Made by a program: the position numbers and the translations under genes. 64,000 bases of DNA from Bradymonadia bacterium (GTDB lineage Bacteria; Myxococcota_A; Bradymonadia; UBA7976; UBA1532): assembly GCA_046290225.1 (NCBI GenBank), contig JBKAGE010000036.1, positions 288,001 through 352,000 of the forward strand. The letters run 5' to 3'. Below the pieces are notes generated by a model that did not search any database, was not told where the DNA came from, and was given only the letters and a program-made list of their open reading frames with translations. Positions 46,005 to 55,143 of this stretch are shown piece by piece; within the stretch, counting starts at the first letter, position 1, and every line of letters begins with the position of its first letter.

Positions 46005-47779
46005 TTTTCAGCAGTCCATGGGGGCGGCAGGAGCGGCGAGCGCCCCTTGTCTTTTTGAGTGCGCTGAAGCTCGATCTCTTCAAAGAGCATGGCCGGGGCC
46101 ACTGCGCTCACGGGCACATACCCGCTCTCGGCACCGCAGAAACCATTGAAGGCGTCCATCTCCTCGCTGGCGGCGAGGATTTTGTTCATCGCCGTGAGCG
46201 GGGTACCCACCATCTCCACCCCACGAACCAGCGTCTCCTCGCCGGTCCTGGCGTCGACGCGATACACGAGGCGGGGGGAGCCCTTGAAGGCCTGGTAACC
46301 GTAGTTGCTGGTGTTCGTGGATCCCCCGGTGATGTCCCGAATGACGAGGCCGTAAGGCTTGCCTTGCTTACGTGCTGCCTTGACGAGCATGTCGGTGAGC
46401 TTTTTCCGGGGCACGCGGCGGCTCGACTCCACGATCAAGTTGCCCATCCGGGCCATGGGGCTGCGCGTGCTCTGGGTCCGACCGTGGCCGTTGCTCTCCG
46501 GAGCACCCTCCACAGGGGTACGGCTGGTGAGGAATGTCTTGAGCACTCCGTCTTGCACCAGCACCACGTTTCGAGAAGGCACGCCTTGATCGTCGTGGGT
46601 GTAGTAGCCGTTGAGGGGCAGCGAGCCGATGGACTTCACCGTAGGATCATCTCGTACGGAGATGAAGGTGGGCAGGATCCGCGTACCCAGCTGTCCCTGG
46701 AAGGTACGACCCTCTTCCTCGTCGCTCTGACGCTCGCCTTCCAGTCGGTGACCGAGGGTTTCGTGGAAGAACACGCCGGTGGCCTGAGGCTCCAAGATCG
46801 CCGGACCGGTGTACGGATCGGCCACGGGCGCATTCCTGAGGGCCTCGAGGTTCTTCAGGGCCTCGTCCACCTGGGCGAAGAGCGTGGCCTCGTCGGGCAG
46901 CGTGCTCCACTCGCGGCTGTAGTGCGTACGCCCCTGCTCCAGCAGCATGCCGTCGGGGGCCCGGGTGATGGCTTCGAAGGCCACAGTGTACAGACGCTGG
47001 TCCTTGACGATCTCAGTGCCTTCGCTGTTGACCAGGTACACCCGCCAGAGGGTGCCCTCGATGCGCACCGCCCCTTCGAGCAGCTTCGGATCAGCCTTGA
47101 ACTTCGCCGAGAGCCTCCGGGCCAGATCGGCCCATCCCGCCCGATCAGTTTCCAGCTTCAGCGGCGTGTCACGGTGCTTGATCGCCTCTGCCTTGCTCAG
47201 GCTGCCCACCTTGCGATCGTCGATCTCGCTCACCTTTTGAGCGCGCTTCTTCAGAAAGTTCGACAGAGCATTCTTGTAGGCCACGTCGGTGAGCAGCCAG
47301 AGCGTGGCCCTCAAGATGGCGGCGGACCCCTCAATTGGGGCGTCCTGACTGGGCTCGAAAGCTGCGGGCTCGCCGAACAGATCGAAGTCGTTGGCCTTGA
47401 GGCTGCTGTCGAAGTCGTAGCTGCCCACCCGAACGTCCACGGCCACACGTCGGCGGCGATCGTCTTCGTCTTCGAGCAAGGCGCCGAAACGCGCCTGCAC
47501 CCTCACGCTCCGAGCGTCGACGATGCGGTAGGCGATGAAATAGGGGTGCTCGTAGTCTTCGAGCTTGAGCTCTCCCTGACTGCGCTTCAGCTCGTCGGCC
47601 ATAGCCTTGAGGATCACCGTACGCTCGGCAGGATCCATGGGCTCGCCCCCGGCACCCGCCTGAGCAGGCGCCGCGATGGCGGAAGAGACCAGTCCGCCCG
47701 CACAGACAATGCCGAGGGTGAGGACGAAGAGAGCCTTTTGCGTGACCTTCGCTGTGATGTACACGTGTCGCTTCACCTT
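46001..47779 (-). CDS. tldD: TldD-family metallopeptidase, probably exported
   Basis: HETLGHRLE zinc motif, DDQGV, SNGHGR and CGAESG..PVS; hydrophobic N-terminal segment. Start uncertain. Confidence 0.85.
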   Translation of the reverse strand, partial: KVKRHVYITAKVTQKALFVLTLGIVCAGGLVSSAIAAPAQAGAGGEPMDPAERTVILKAMADELKRSQGELKLEDYEHPYFIAYRIVDARSVRVQARFGALLEDEDDRRRRVAVDVRVGSYDFDSSLKANDFDLFGEPAAFEPSQDAPIEGSAAILRATLWLLTDVAYKNALSNFLKKRAQKVSEIDDRKVGSLSKAEAIKHRDTPLKLETDRAGWADLARRLSAKFKADPKLLEGAVRIEGTLWRVYLVNSEGTEIVKDQRLYTVAFEAITRAPDGMLLEQGRTHYSREWSTLPDEATLFAQVDEALKNLEALRNAPVADPYTGPAILEPQATGVFFHETLGHRLEGERQSDEEEGRTFQGQLGTRILPTFISVRDDPTVKSIGSLPLNGYYTHDDQGVPSRNVVLVQDGVLKTFLTSRTPVEGAPESNGHGRTQSTRSPMARMGNLIVESSRRVPRKKLTDMLVKAARKQGKPYGLVIRDITGGSTNTSNYGYQAFKGSPRLVYRVDARTGEETLVRGVEMVGTPLTAMNKILAASEEMDAFNGFCGAESGYVPVSAVAPAMLFEEIELQRTQKDKGRSPLLPPPWTAEK

Positions 47780-47820
47780 GAATGGGCACCCGTGAGCCGC
47801 GGCTTCAGGGTGCTGTTTTG

Positions 47821-49167
47821 ATGTCTTCACACCCCGTAGAGCGCGTCGTCAACTTCGGATCGCCCCTTCGATGGGTCGAGACCCACGGACTGCCCGTGGG
47901 TGCCGCCCTCTTGGACACTGATCCACGGGCCGGCGTTCCCGAAGATCTCACGCGCTTCTCGGCCCTGGGGCTCGACCCCGTCGAGGTGATCTCTCACACG
48001 TTGGGACCAGACCCGCTCTCAGAGGATCCGATCTCCGCGCTGGAGGCGTTGCACCAACGCAGCCTGCTCGAAGGCCTCGACGCGCGCCTGGGGCCGAGGC
48101 CCATGGTCATGTGCGCCCTCGCCTACGATCTCGGCCGTTGCTTCGAGCGCTTGCCGGCGCTTCGCCCTCGAGACCATACCCTGCCCGATCTGTGGGCCGC
48201 CCGCTATTCGGCGGTCTACGTATGGGATCATTTGTGCCAGCGCGGTCGAATCACCGCCGAGTCTCCCGAGGCCGCCGCTCAACTGGCCCACCGGCTCGCA
48301 GCGCCGGCTTCACCCCCTGCCCCGCTCACCCCGGGCACCGCACGACCCGCCATGGACCGTGAGGCATATCTCGACGCCATCGCCCAAATTCGTGAGCACA
48401 TCCGCCTCGGCGATGTCTACCAGGTGAACTTCACGCTGCGCTTCACCGCCACCCTCCCCACCTCGGGGTCCGATCCAGCAGCTCTGTTCTCTGCTCTGCG
48501 TCGAGAGACCTCGGCCCCCTTCGCCGTGGCCATGCGCCTCGACGCAGATCGCGCCATCCTCAGCGTGAGCCCGGAGCGCTATCTGAAGTGGCGCCCGGGC
48601 GGTGTGGTGGAGACCCGGCCGATCAAGGGCACCCGACCTCGTGGCGCCGATGCCCGAGAAGACGCCGCGCTCTCCGAGCAGCTGCAACACAGCGCCAAGG
48701 ATCGCGCCGAGCACATCATGATCGTCGATCTGGAGCGCAACGATCTCGGTCGATTGTGTGTGCCGGGCACAGTGCGCCCCAGCCGACTGCTGGCCCCTGA
48801 AGCGCACCCCACGGTGCACCACCTCGTGAGCACGGTCGAAGGGGTGCTCCGCCCTCAGGTGGGGCTGAACGATCTCCTGCAGGCCACCTTCCCCGGCGGC
48901 AGCATCACCGGCGCGCCCAAAATCAGGGCCATGGAGATCATCGAGCAGCTGGAGCAGAGTCGCCGGGGCATCTACTGCGGAGCTCTGGGCTATCTCGATG
49001 CCCTCGGTGGAGGCGATCTGAACCTGCCGATCCGCACCGCATGGGTCGACGGTGATCAGCTCGTGTACCCCGCTGGGGGCGGCATCGTCATCGACAGTGA
49101 TGGTGAAGAAGAATGGGCTGAGGTGGCCGCCAAGGCGGCGGCCTTCACCCGCGCCTGCGGCGGGTGA
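47821..49167 (+). CDS. pabB: Aminodeoxychorismate synthase component I
   Basis: GDVYQVN, SPERY, RPIKGTRPR, EHIMIVDLERNDL and FPGGSITGAPK. Confidence 0.9.
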   Translation: MSSHPVERVVNFGSPLRWVETHGLPVGAALLDTDPRAGVPEDLTRFSALGLDPVEVISHTLGPDPLSEDPISALEALHQRSLLEGLDARLGPRPMVMCALAYDLGRCFERLPALRPRDHTLPDLWAARYSAVYVWDHLCQRGRITAESPEAAAQLAHRLAAPASPPAPLTPGTARPAMDREAYLDAIAQIREHIRLGDVYQVNFTLRFTATLPTSGSDPAALFSALRRETSAPFAVAMRLDADRAILSVSPERYLKWRPGGVVETRPIKGTRPRGADAREDAALSEQLQHSAKDRAEHIMIVDLERNDLGRLCVPGTVRPSRLLAPEAHPTVHHLVSTVEGVLRPQVGLNDLLQATFPGGSITGAPKIRAMEIIEQLEQSRRGIYCGALGYLDALGGGDLNLPIRTAWVDGDQLVYPAGGGIVIDSDGEEEWAEVAAKAAAFTRACGG

Positions 49168-49190
49168 TCACGAGATCGAGTTTACTGCAG

Positions 49191-49634
49191 CTACTGCTGC
49201 TGGGACTTCTGGGCATTCCAGCGACCGCCCCCCTCTTCCGCCTGATCGTACCCCCAGGTGCCCTGCAGCTTCGTACCCGCGTGGGTGATGCGGAAGACGG
49301 CCTTGCCCCGCTTGGGGAAGATGGCCCTGGCGGTGTCGCCGGGCTCGATCCAGTCGATGCGCAACAGATCACCGTTGATCTTGCCCCGGAGGGTGCCGTC
49401 GTATTCTGGCCCTCGGGGGTTCTGATAGCTGCCCTGAACAGTGTCGCCCGACTGGATCAGCTTCATGTCGCCGAACTCCTGGCTGTACCAGAGCCCGTTG
49501 AGGTTGAGACCGGGGATCGCTGGCCCTGGTTGCATTTTGGGCTTCTCGGGTGCGCCACCACAGCCTGCGAGGTTGCCAGTTGTACCGACAAGGGCCAGGG
49601 CGAGGACGATGCGCTTGATCATGAAGCGGGACAT
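49191..49634 (-). CDS. Small beta-rich lipoprotein
   Basis: LAGC lipobox; LNGLW...GSY...LQGTWGY pattern. Confidence 0.7.
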   Translation of the reverse strand: MSRFMIKRIVLALALVGTTGNLAGCGGAPEKPKMQPGPAIPGLNLNGLWYSQEFGDMKLIQSGDTVQGSYQNPRGPEYDGTLRGKINGDLLRIDWIEPGDTARAIFPKRGKAVFRITHAGTKLQGTWGYDQAEEGGGRWNAQKSQQQ

Positions 49635-49687
49635 TGTGGCTCCAGTGAAGTCATGACAGGGAACAAGTACCCGCCCCAGCGGCGCTG

Positions 49688-50521
49688 TCAAGCCTCGGCG
49701 ATGGCGCTCAACAGCGCATGGTGGAGGCGGTGCCCTGCGCATTGGGCCACGACACGTGCCTGAAGCGGACGCCCGAGACACATCAGATCACCGAGGAGAT
49801 CGAGGGCCTTGTGACGCACGGGCTCGTCAGGCCAGCGGAGCCCGTCGACGTTGAGGGGCACACCAGCGTCGTCGAAGACCACCGTGTTCTCCAAACTCAC
49901 CCCACCGAGCACCCCAGCGGCAGCGAGGGCTTCTCGATCTCTCAAATGACCAAAGGTCCTGGCGTGGGCCACCGCGGCGATCATGTCGGATCCAGGCGGG
50001 CCACACTCGAGCACCATGGGTTGCTGAGGCGGATAGTGCACCTCGACCCGTGCGCTGAAGCGCTCAGCGGGCGTGGCGACGATGCAGGCCTGCCCCTCGG
50101 CGACCTCGATTGTGCGCTCGAGCACAACCGGTGAATACGGCGGCTCCCCCTCAAGTTCCACCGCTGCGATGGCCTCGACCCATCGGCCCGCGCTCCCATC
50201 GAAGATTGGCGGCTCTCCGCCTTCGATGGCGATCTCGGCGTCGGTGATGCCCATCAACCAGAGCGCACCGAGCAGGTGCTCCACCAGAGCCACTGGGCCA
50301 CGGGCGGTCATCACGGCGGTGGCGCGACTCACGTTCGGGATCAAGACACGAGGCGTCAGAGGAGTGTCATTGATCACCACCCCCCGCCGGCCAGGAGAGA
50401 TGGTGGTGACACAGGGCGCACCACTCCTTAGCCCCACGCCGCTTTGAATCACGACATCGGCCACCGTGCGGCGTTTAAGCCAACTCTCGTCGTCGGTGCA
50501 AAAGCGTGCGCTGGAGTCCAT
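49688..50521 (-). CDS. lpxC: UDP-3-O-acyl-GlcNAc deacetylase
   Basis: GVGLRSG, VEHLLGAL, EPPIFDGSA, ARTFG, EPVRHKALDLLGDL and GH. Confidence 0.88.
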   Translation of the reverse strand: MDSSARFCTDDESWLKRRTVADVVIQSGVGLRSGAPCVTTISPGRRGVVINDTPLTPRVLIPNVSRATAVMTARGPVALVEHLLGALWLMGITDAEIAIEGGEPPIFDGSAGRWVEAIAAVELEGEPPYSPVVLERTIEVAEGQACIVATPAERFSARVEVHYPPQQPMVLECGPPGSDMIAAVAHARTFGHLRDREALAAAGVLGGVSLENTVVFDDAGVPLNVDGLRWPDEPVRHKALDLLGDLMCLGRPLQARVVAQCAGHRLHHALLSAIAEA

Positions 50522-50594
50522 CGACCACTCCTGGCAGGATGAGCCCCTCTTCATCGTCGATGTGCAAGGTTCGATGCCAGTGTTCTCTGATCTC

Positions 50595-51467
50595 ATGCAC
50601 CTTCTGCCGGCGCCCTCGGCCGCCCTGCTGTTCGCCCTCGCCGCCCTGTCCACCGGGTGTGGTGGTGACGACAGCAGCGGAGACGACAGCGAACCGGTGA
50701 TGCCCGACGCCACCGTCGCCGACGCCTTCGTCATCACCGAGACCTCGTGCGACTCCGCCTCCGGCCGCGCCCTTGTGCCCGGAGGGCCCTTCACCTGTGA
50801 GGGCGAGCCCGAGTACGTCACCATCGAGACCCGACGTGACGGCGCCGCGTACCAGTACGACATCTTCACCTATGAGGCGAGCCACCCGCTCTCGACCGAG
50901 ACCCTCGCGTTCCCGTGTGCCGGTGAGAGCGACGTCGAAGCCGGCATCGCCAACTTCGCGGCACCAGAGGGCGCAGAAGCGTGCTCCATCGCCGGCGTCC
51001 GCCCCTGGCACAGCGTCACCTGGGAAGAAGCCCGTACAGCGTGTCAGGCCATCGGCTGGCGCATGTGCGACGACTTCGAGATCGAGCGCGGCTGTACCGG
51101 GGGCGATGGCCGCCGGTACACCTACGGCGATCAGTTCCGCTCTGGCACTCAGGGCTGCAACGTACAGCAGTCCTACCTTGCTCCTGGCGCCGAGTTCACC
51201 AGCGAAGCCCCTACGGGCAGCTTCGAGTTCTGCGTGAGCGCCGATGGTGTCTTCGATCTCAACGGCAACCTCTGGGAATGGTCTGGCAGCCCCCTCGAAG
51301 ACGACTCTCGAGGTCGACGCTATGTCGGTGCAGGCTGGAAGATCATCGCCGAGCGCCACCAGGACGAAGAGCAAGCCTGTCAGGCTGAATCGCAGGTGCT
51401 GGGCTCTTTTGCCCGCAGCTTCAAGAGCCCCATCGTGGGTTTCCGCTGCTGCCGTGACGCCCAGTGA
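50595..51467 (+). CDS. FGE-sulfatase (SUMF1/EgtB-like) domain lipoprotein
   Basis: STGC lipobox; YEAS, VTWEEA...C, FDLNGNLWEW and GFRCC. Confidence 0.85.
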   Translation: MHLLPAPSAALLFALAALSTGCGGDDSSGDDSEPVMPDATVADAFVITETSCDSASGRALVPGGPFTCEGEPEYVTIETRRDGAAYQYDIFTYEASHPLSTETLAFPCAGESDVEAGIANFAAPEGAEACSIAGVRPWHSVTWEEARTACQAIGWRMCDDFEIERGCTGGDGRRYTYGDQFRSGTQGCNVQQSYLAPGAEFTSEAPTGSFEFCVSADGVFDLNGNLWEWSGSPLEDDSRGRRYVGAGWKIIAERHQDEEQACQAESQVLGSFARSFKSPIVGFRCCRDAQ

Positions 51468-52240
51468 GCGGCCCCAACACACGCCAGCAGCCTCAGCAAG
51501 GGGTGCAGATTCACCTGCGGTGGCTGGTCTTGCTGGCATCCATGATCGTCCTGGTGTTGCTCCGGCGGCACCGCGTGCTGCTCACCATCTACGTGGCGCT
51601 GTTCTGCACTGGCTCGCTGCTCTACCTGCTGTGGCTGCCCAAGTTCATGGCCAGCCAGGAGCGCAAGTTCACCCGCGAGGCCCTGAGGCTGATCACGTCG
51701 GGTGACATCAGCGGCCTCAAAGCCCTCGCCCAGCGTCAGGGTTTGATCCGACGATTCGGCCGGCGCCACGTGATCCCCGACACCCTCGCCATGGGCGCAG
51801 CCTCAGTGGGCGATCACGAAGCTGCCTGCCACCTGTACGCCGAGGCCTTGCAACACGCGCCCCCTGAAGATCGGGTCCGCATCGAGCTGAACCTCGCCGC
51901 CGAGGAGGTCCAGACAGGCCGGCTCGACGCCGCTGAGGGCCGATACCGGGCCATTCTGCGCAAGCGACCCGGTCAGCTCATCGCCGTGGGCCAGCTTGGG
52001 CGGCTGTTGGTGAAGAAAGAGGCTTTCTCTGAAGCCATCGACCATCTGAAGCAGGCCTTGGAGATGGCCAACGGCAGCGAAGCGGCGGGGCTGAAGCTGG
52101 CCCTCGCCGAGGCCTTGATTCTCACCGGCGACGCCTCAGGTCAGGCCCTCGCTCAGGAGGCGGGATCTGAAGGGGCCTCTTCTGAAGAGGTCTCTCGCGT
52201 GCTCGCCCTCTCCAGCAGCCAGCGCGACACCCGCGGGTAG
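51464..52240 (+). CDS. Membrane-anchored TPR protein
   Basis: Two N-terminal TMs followed by TPR-like helices; GTGA overlap with the upstream gene. Confidence 0.7.
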   Translation: MSGPNTRQQPQQGVQIHLRWLVLLASMIVLVLLRRHRVLLTIYVALFCTGSLLYLLWLPKFMASQERKFTREALRLITSGDISGLKALAQRQGLIRRFGRRHVIPDTLAMGAASVGDHEAACHLYAEALQHAPPEDRVRIELNLAAEEVQTGRLDAAEGRYRAILRKRPGQLIAVGQLGRLLVKKEAFSEAIDHLKQALEMANGSEAAGLKLALAEALILTGDASGQALAQEAGSEGASSEEVSRVLALSSSQRDTRG

Positions 52241-53265
52241 ACCACCTCCGGGGCCCGATGCCCCAACACCAGATCCACGTGCCCCCAGTCGCCGTCGGCG
52301 CCGCCGAGGACCTCCATGTGCTTGTGGGGGCTGCCCATGGCTTCGAAGCCCGCCTGTACCGAGGCGATGGGCGCCATGCGATCCAGGTTGCCGGCGATGG
52401 CCAGGTAGGGCCACTTCACCCCTTCGAGGCGGGTCAGCGTCTGATCCGCGGGCCGACCATCGAGACCCTGGCGGTGCAGAATCGCGTCGACGAAGTTACG
52501 GATCACCTTCCGGGGCACATCTTCGAGCACCTCGGCCATGAACGCTCGCTGCGTCGTGGGGCGCATGTGCTCTGGATGAAAGAACATGCGCTCCACAGGC
52601 CGCGCCGGCACTCGCCCTGCGAAGGGCAACACCAGCGCGCACCAGCGGGCGATGCGAGCCGAGGGCAGCCAGTCGAGGTAGCGCAGCCACCGGGCGATGC
52701 CGCCCCAGTGGGCCCGCACCGGATCCGGGTGCGTGGGGGTGCCCAACGTGATGAGCCCGCCGAGATCGTCGATGCGGCCCTCCGCACCCGCGAGCAAGGC
52801 CACGAGGCCCCCCATGGAGTGGCCTACCCAGAGCACCTCGCGCTCACCCGTGAGCGTGCGCACGTGCTCAAGGGCTGCGGGCACGTCGAAGCGGGCATGA
52901 TCGATGATGCCGTAGGTCCACCCCTTGCCGAAGAAGCCCGGCTTCTCGCTGCCGCCGGCCCCTCGCAGATCGAGCAGGAACACGTCGAACCCCTGCTCGG
53001 CAAGGTGACGGCCGAGGCTGTACTCGGCGTCGAGATCGAAGAAGCGGTGGTTGCACGCCAGGCCATGGCAACAAATGACCGGACGCCCGCCCCCCGGGCC
53101 CTCGGGGTTGGCTCGAATGCGATTGAGCGCGATGCGCCAGCCGTCCTCCGTGGCGACGAAGTGGCGCTCGTCTGGCAGACGCAGACGGCTGTAGTGGCGC
53201 TTCCAGAACCAGATGTGGGCCACCACCAGCGCCACGATGGCCACGAGGTAGATCAAAATCTCCAT
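52153..53265 (-). CDS. Alpha/beta hydrolase (lipase / PHA-synthase-like) with N-terminal TM
   Basis: CHGL, DLRGAG, GHSMGG, GNLD and GHVDLVLG. Confidence 0.9.
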   Translation of the reverse strand: MEILIYLVAIVALVVAHIWFWKRHYSRLRLPDERHFVATEDGWRIALNRIRANPEGPGGGRPVICCHGLACNHRFFDLDAEYSLGRHLAEQGFDVFLLDLRGAGGSEKPGFFGKGWTYGIIDHARFDVPAALEHVRTLTGEREVLWVGHSMGGLVALLAGAEGRIDDLGGLITLGTPTHPDPVRAHWGGIARWLRYLDWLPSARIARWCALVLPFAGRVPARPVERMFFHPEHMRPTTQRAFMAEVLEDVPRKVIRNFVDAILHRQGLDGRPADQTLTRLEGVKWPYLAIAGNLDRMAPIASVQAGFEAMGSPHKHMEVLGGADGDWGHVDLVLGHRAPEVVYPRVSRWLLERASTRETSSEEAPSDPAS

Positions 53266-53269
53266 CGAG

Positions 53270-54367
53270 TCACTCCTGGGCTGAGCCCACCACCACCATG
53301 AAGTTGAGGCGATCCCGCCCTCGGGCCACCCGCACCTGAGCGGCGCGGCCAGGCTTGGTGGCAGCGATGAGCCAGCTGAGCATGCGCGGATCTTCGATGG
53401 GCACCCCATCGTACGCCAGAATGATGTCACCGGGCTCCAGGCCCGCCAGATGGCCAGGCGCCTCCAAAACGACCCCCTTGACGAGGGCCCCTCGGCGAGT
53501 GCTCAGCCCGGAGGCCGCCACCTGATCCAGCGAAGGGCTTATGGTGACGAGGCCAGTGTACCCTCTCACAAAGCGGCCATCAGCCAGGATGCTCTCCACC
53601 ACCACATTCACCATGTCGATGGGCGTCGCGAAGGAGACGCCCTGGCCGTGGCCGAGGACCGCGGTGTTCACCCCTACTACCCGCCCATCGATGTTCACCA
53701 GCGGTCCCCCCGAGTTGCCCGGATTGATGCTGGCATCGGTTTGAATGAAGTTCGCGTATCTCGGCGCCCCTGAGGGCAGATTCCGGCGACCCAGGGCGCT
53801 CACCACCCCCACAGTGATCGAATGATCGAAGCCGTAGGGGCTGCCCAACGCCGCCACCCACTGCCCCGGCCGCAGCGGCTTCACCGAGCCCCGAGCGAGG
53901 GGAGGCAGCCGCCCACCGTCGAGCTTGAGCACAGCAAGGTCAGTTTTGGGATCACTGCCCACCAGGACAGCGGACAAGACTTGCCGATCGGCTGTACGCA
54001 CCTGAAAAGCAGAGACATTGTCGACGATGTGATCGTTGGTCACGAGGTGGCCCTGAGCGTCCCAAAGGAAGCCACTCCCCTGACGCACAGTGGCGAAGCC
54101 CGTCTCCTCCACGTGGCCGGCGAGCACGCTCACCACCGAGGGCGCCACGGTATCGAAGACATAGGTGAAGTCGGGGCCACGGCCGTCACACTGGCAATCA
54201 CCAGATCGCTCGACCTTCTCGGGCTCAGGGGCTGGCTTTGGGGGCGGGGGCGCAGACACGGGTGCTTTTGACGGTGCCGGCCGTGCGTTTGCAGGCGGCG
54301 CAGGCTCCTGACATCCGAGAAGGGCCAGGAGGCAGCCCAGAGACCACCCAGGACGGCTGGCGGTCAC
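53270..54367 (-). CDS. HtrA/DegP-like serine protease (one PDZ), lipoprotein
   Basis: GSGF, TNDH, DLAVL, QTDASINPGNSGGP; LLGC lipobox. Confidence 0.93.
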   Translation of the reverse strand: MTASRPGWSLGCLLALLGCQEPAPPANARPAPSKAPVSAPPPPKPAPEPEKVERSGDCQCDGRGPDFTYVFDTVAPSVVSVLAGHVEETGFATVRQGSGFLWDAQGHLVTNDHIVDNVSAFQVRTADRQVLSAVLVGSDPKTDLAVLKLDGGRLPPLARGSVKPLRPGQWVAALGSPYGFDHSITVGVVSALGRRNLPSGAPRYANFIQTDASINPGNSGGPLVNIDGRVVGVNTAVLGHGQGVSFATPIDMVNVVVESILADGRFVRGYTGLVTISPSLDQVAASGLSTRRGALVKGVVLEAPGHLAGLEPGDIILAYDGVPIEDPRMLSWLIAATKPGRAAQVRVARGRDRLNFMVVVGSAQE

Positions 54368-54702
54368 CGACGCGCTTTCTGGACGTACTTCACACGGAGT
54401 TCGTACAGCAGCGTATCGAGCAGCCTGCGCTCCTCGTCGTCGAGATTGCCTACGGTCTTGTTCTTGAGCATGCCCAGGGTGTCGATGACCTGAGCCGCCA
54501 TGACGAGATCGGGCGCGCTCTCACCGGTCTCGCCGAGGTGCACCAGGGCGAGGTGGTTGAGAGACATCACGTGGTGGGCGAACGTCATGGTGGAGATCAC
54601 CGGACGCTGTGTGCCCCCCTCGTCCTCGGCGGGCTTCACCTCAGGGGTGCCCTCCGGATCGACGTGGAACACCCGCTTGTCGTGCTGATCGCGATCGCCC
54701 AT
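54364..54702 (-). CDS. DUF1844-family protein
   Basis: ALVHLG, IDTLGML..KT.GNL..EE and LYELRVKYV. Confidence 0.85.
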   Translation of the reverse strand: MGDRDQHDKRVFHVDPEGTPEVKPAEDEGGTQRPVISTMTFAHHVMSLNHLALVHLGETGESAPDLVMAAQVIDTLGMLKNKTVGNLDDEERRLLDTLLYELRVKYVQKARR

Positions 54703-54726
54703 GGGGCCTCCTCGGGCCGAGCCCTT

Positions 54727-54948
54727 TTACATCGAGGTGGTCTCGTCTCCGGGCACCTGGTGGACCTCTTTCGAGCCCACTTTCTCCTTGAGGGACTCCA
54801 TCTCGATGACCACAGCCTCGCTGTTGCCCTCGGCGTCTTCGAGGTTGGCGAGCCAGTCTTTGTGCTCGTCGGCGGTGACCACCCCCATCTCGACGTGGCG
54901 CTTCACCAGGCGAATATCATAGAGGTATTCAGGGACCTTGCGGATCAT
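54727..54948 (-). CDS. Small conserved hypothetical protein
   Basis: YDIRLVKRHVEMG.VT..E...L..LED pattern; GGAG upstream of the ATG at 54948. Confidence 0.65.
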   Translation of the reverse strand: MIRKVPEYLYDIRLVKRHVEMGVVTADEHKDWLANLEDAEGNSEAVVIEMESLKEKVGSKEVHQVPGDETTSM

Positions 54949-55016
54949 GAGGGGGCTCCAATGGCAGCATGTTTGAGGGGCCACTCCATCCAACGGGGCA
55001 GCCCGGACAGCGGCAA

Positions 55017-55045
55017 ATAGTGCTCAATGGCCCCGTCAGAGTCAA
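55017..55045 (-). promoter_or_regulatory. Possible sigma70-like promoter for the 54948->52153 operon
   Basis: Minus strand TTGACT-17 nt-CACTAT. Confidence 0.35.
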
Positions 55046-55143
55046 TCTGCTAAGGTGCGCCGCTGCCAGCGACACTGTAGGTGTACCTGCCCGTGACGCG
55101 GCACACGACGCCCTCGAACAGACCCATCCACAGGAAGATGGCC

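Noticed and set aside
55046..55143. T-box leader before tyrS
   Set aside because: The region is too short and has no T-box consensus or terminator.
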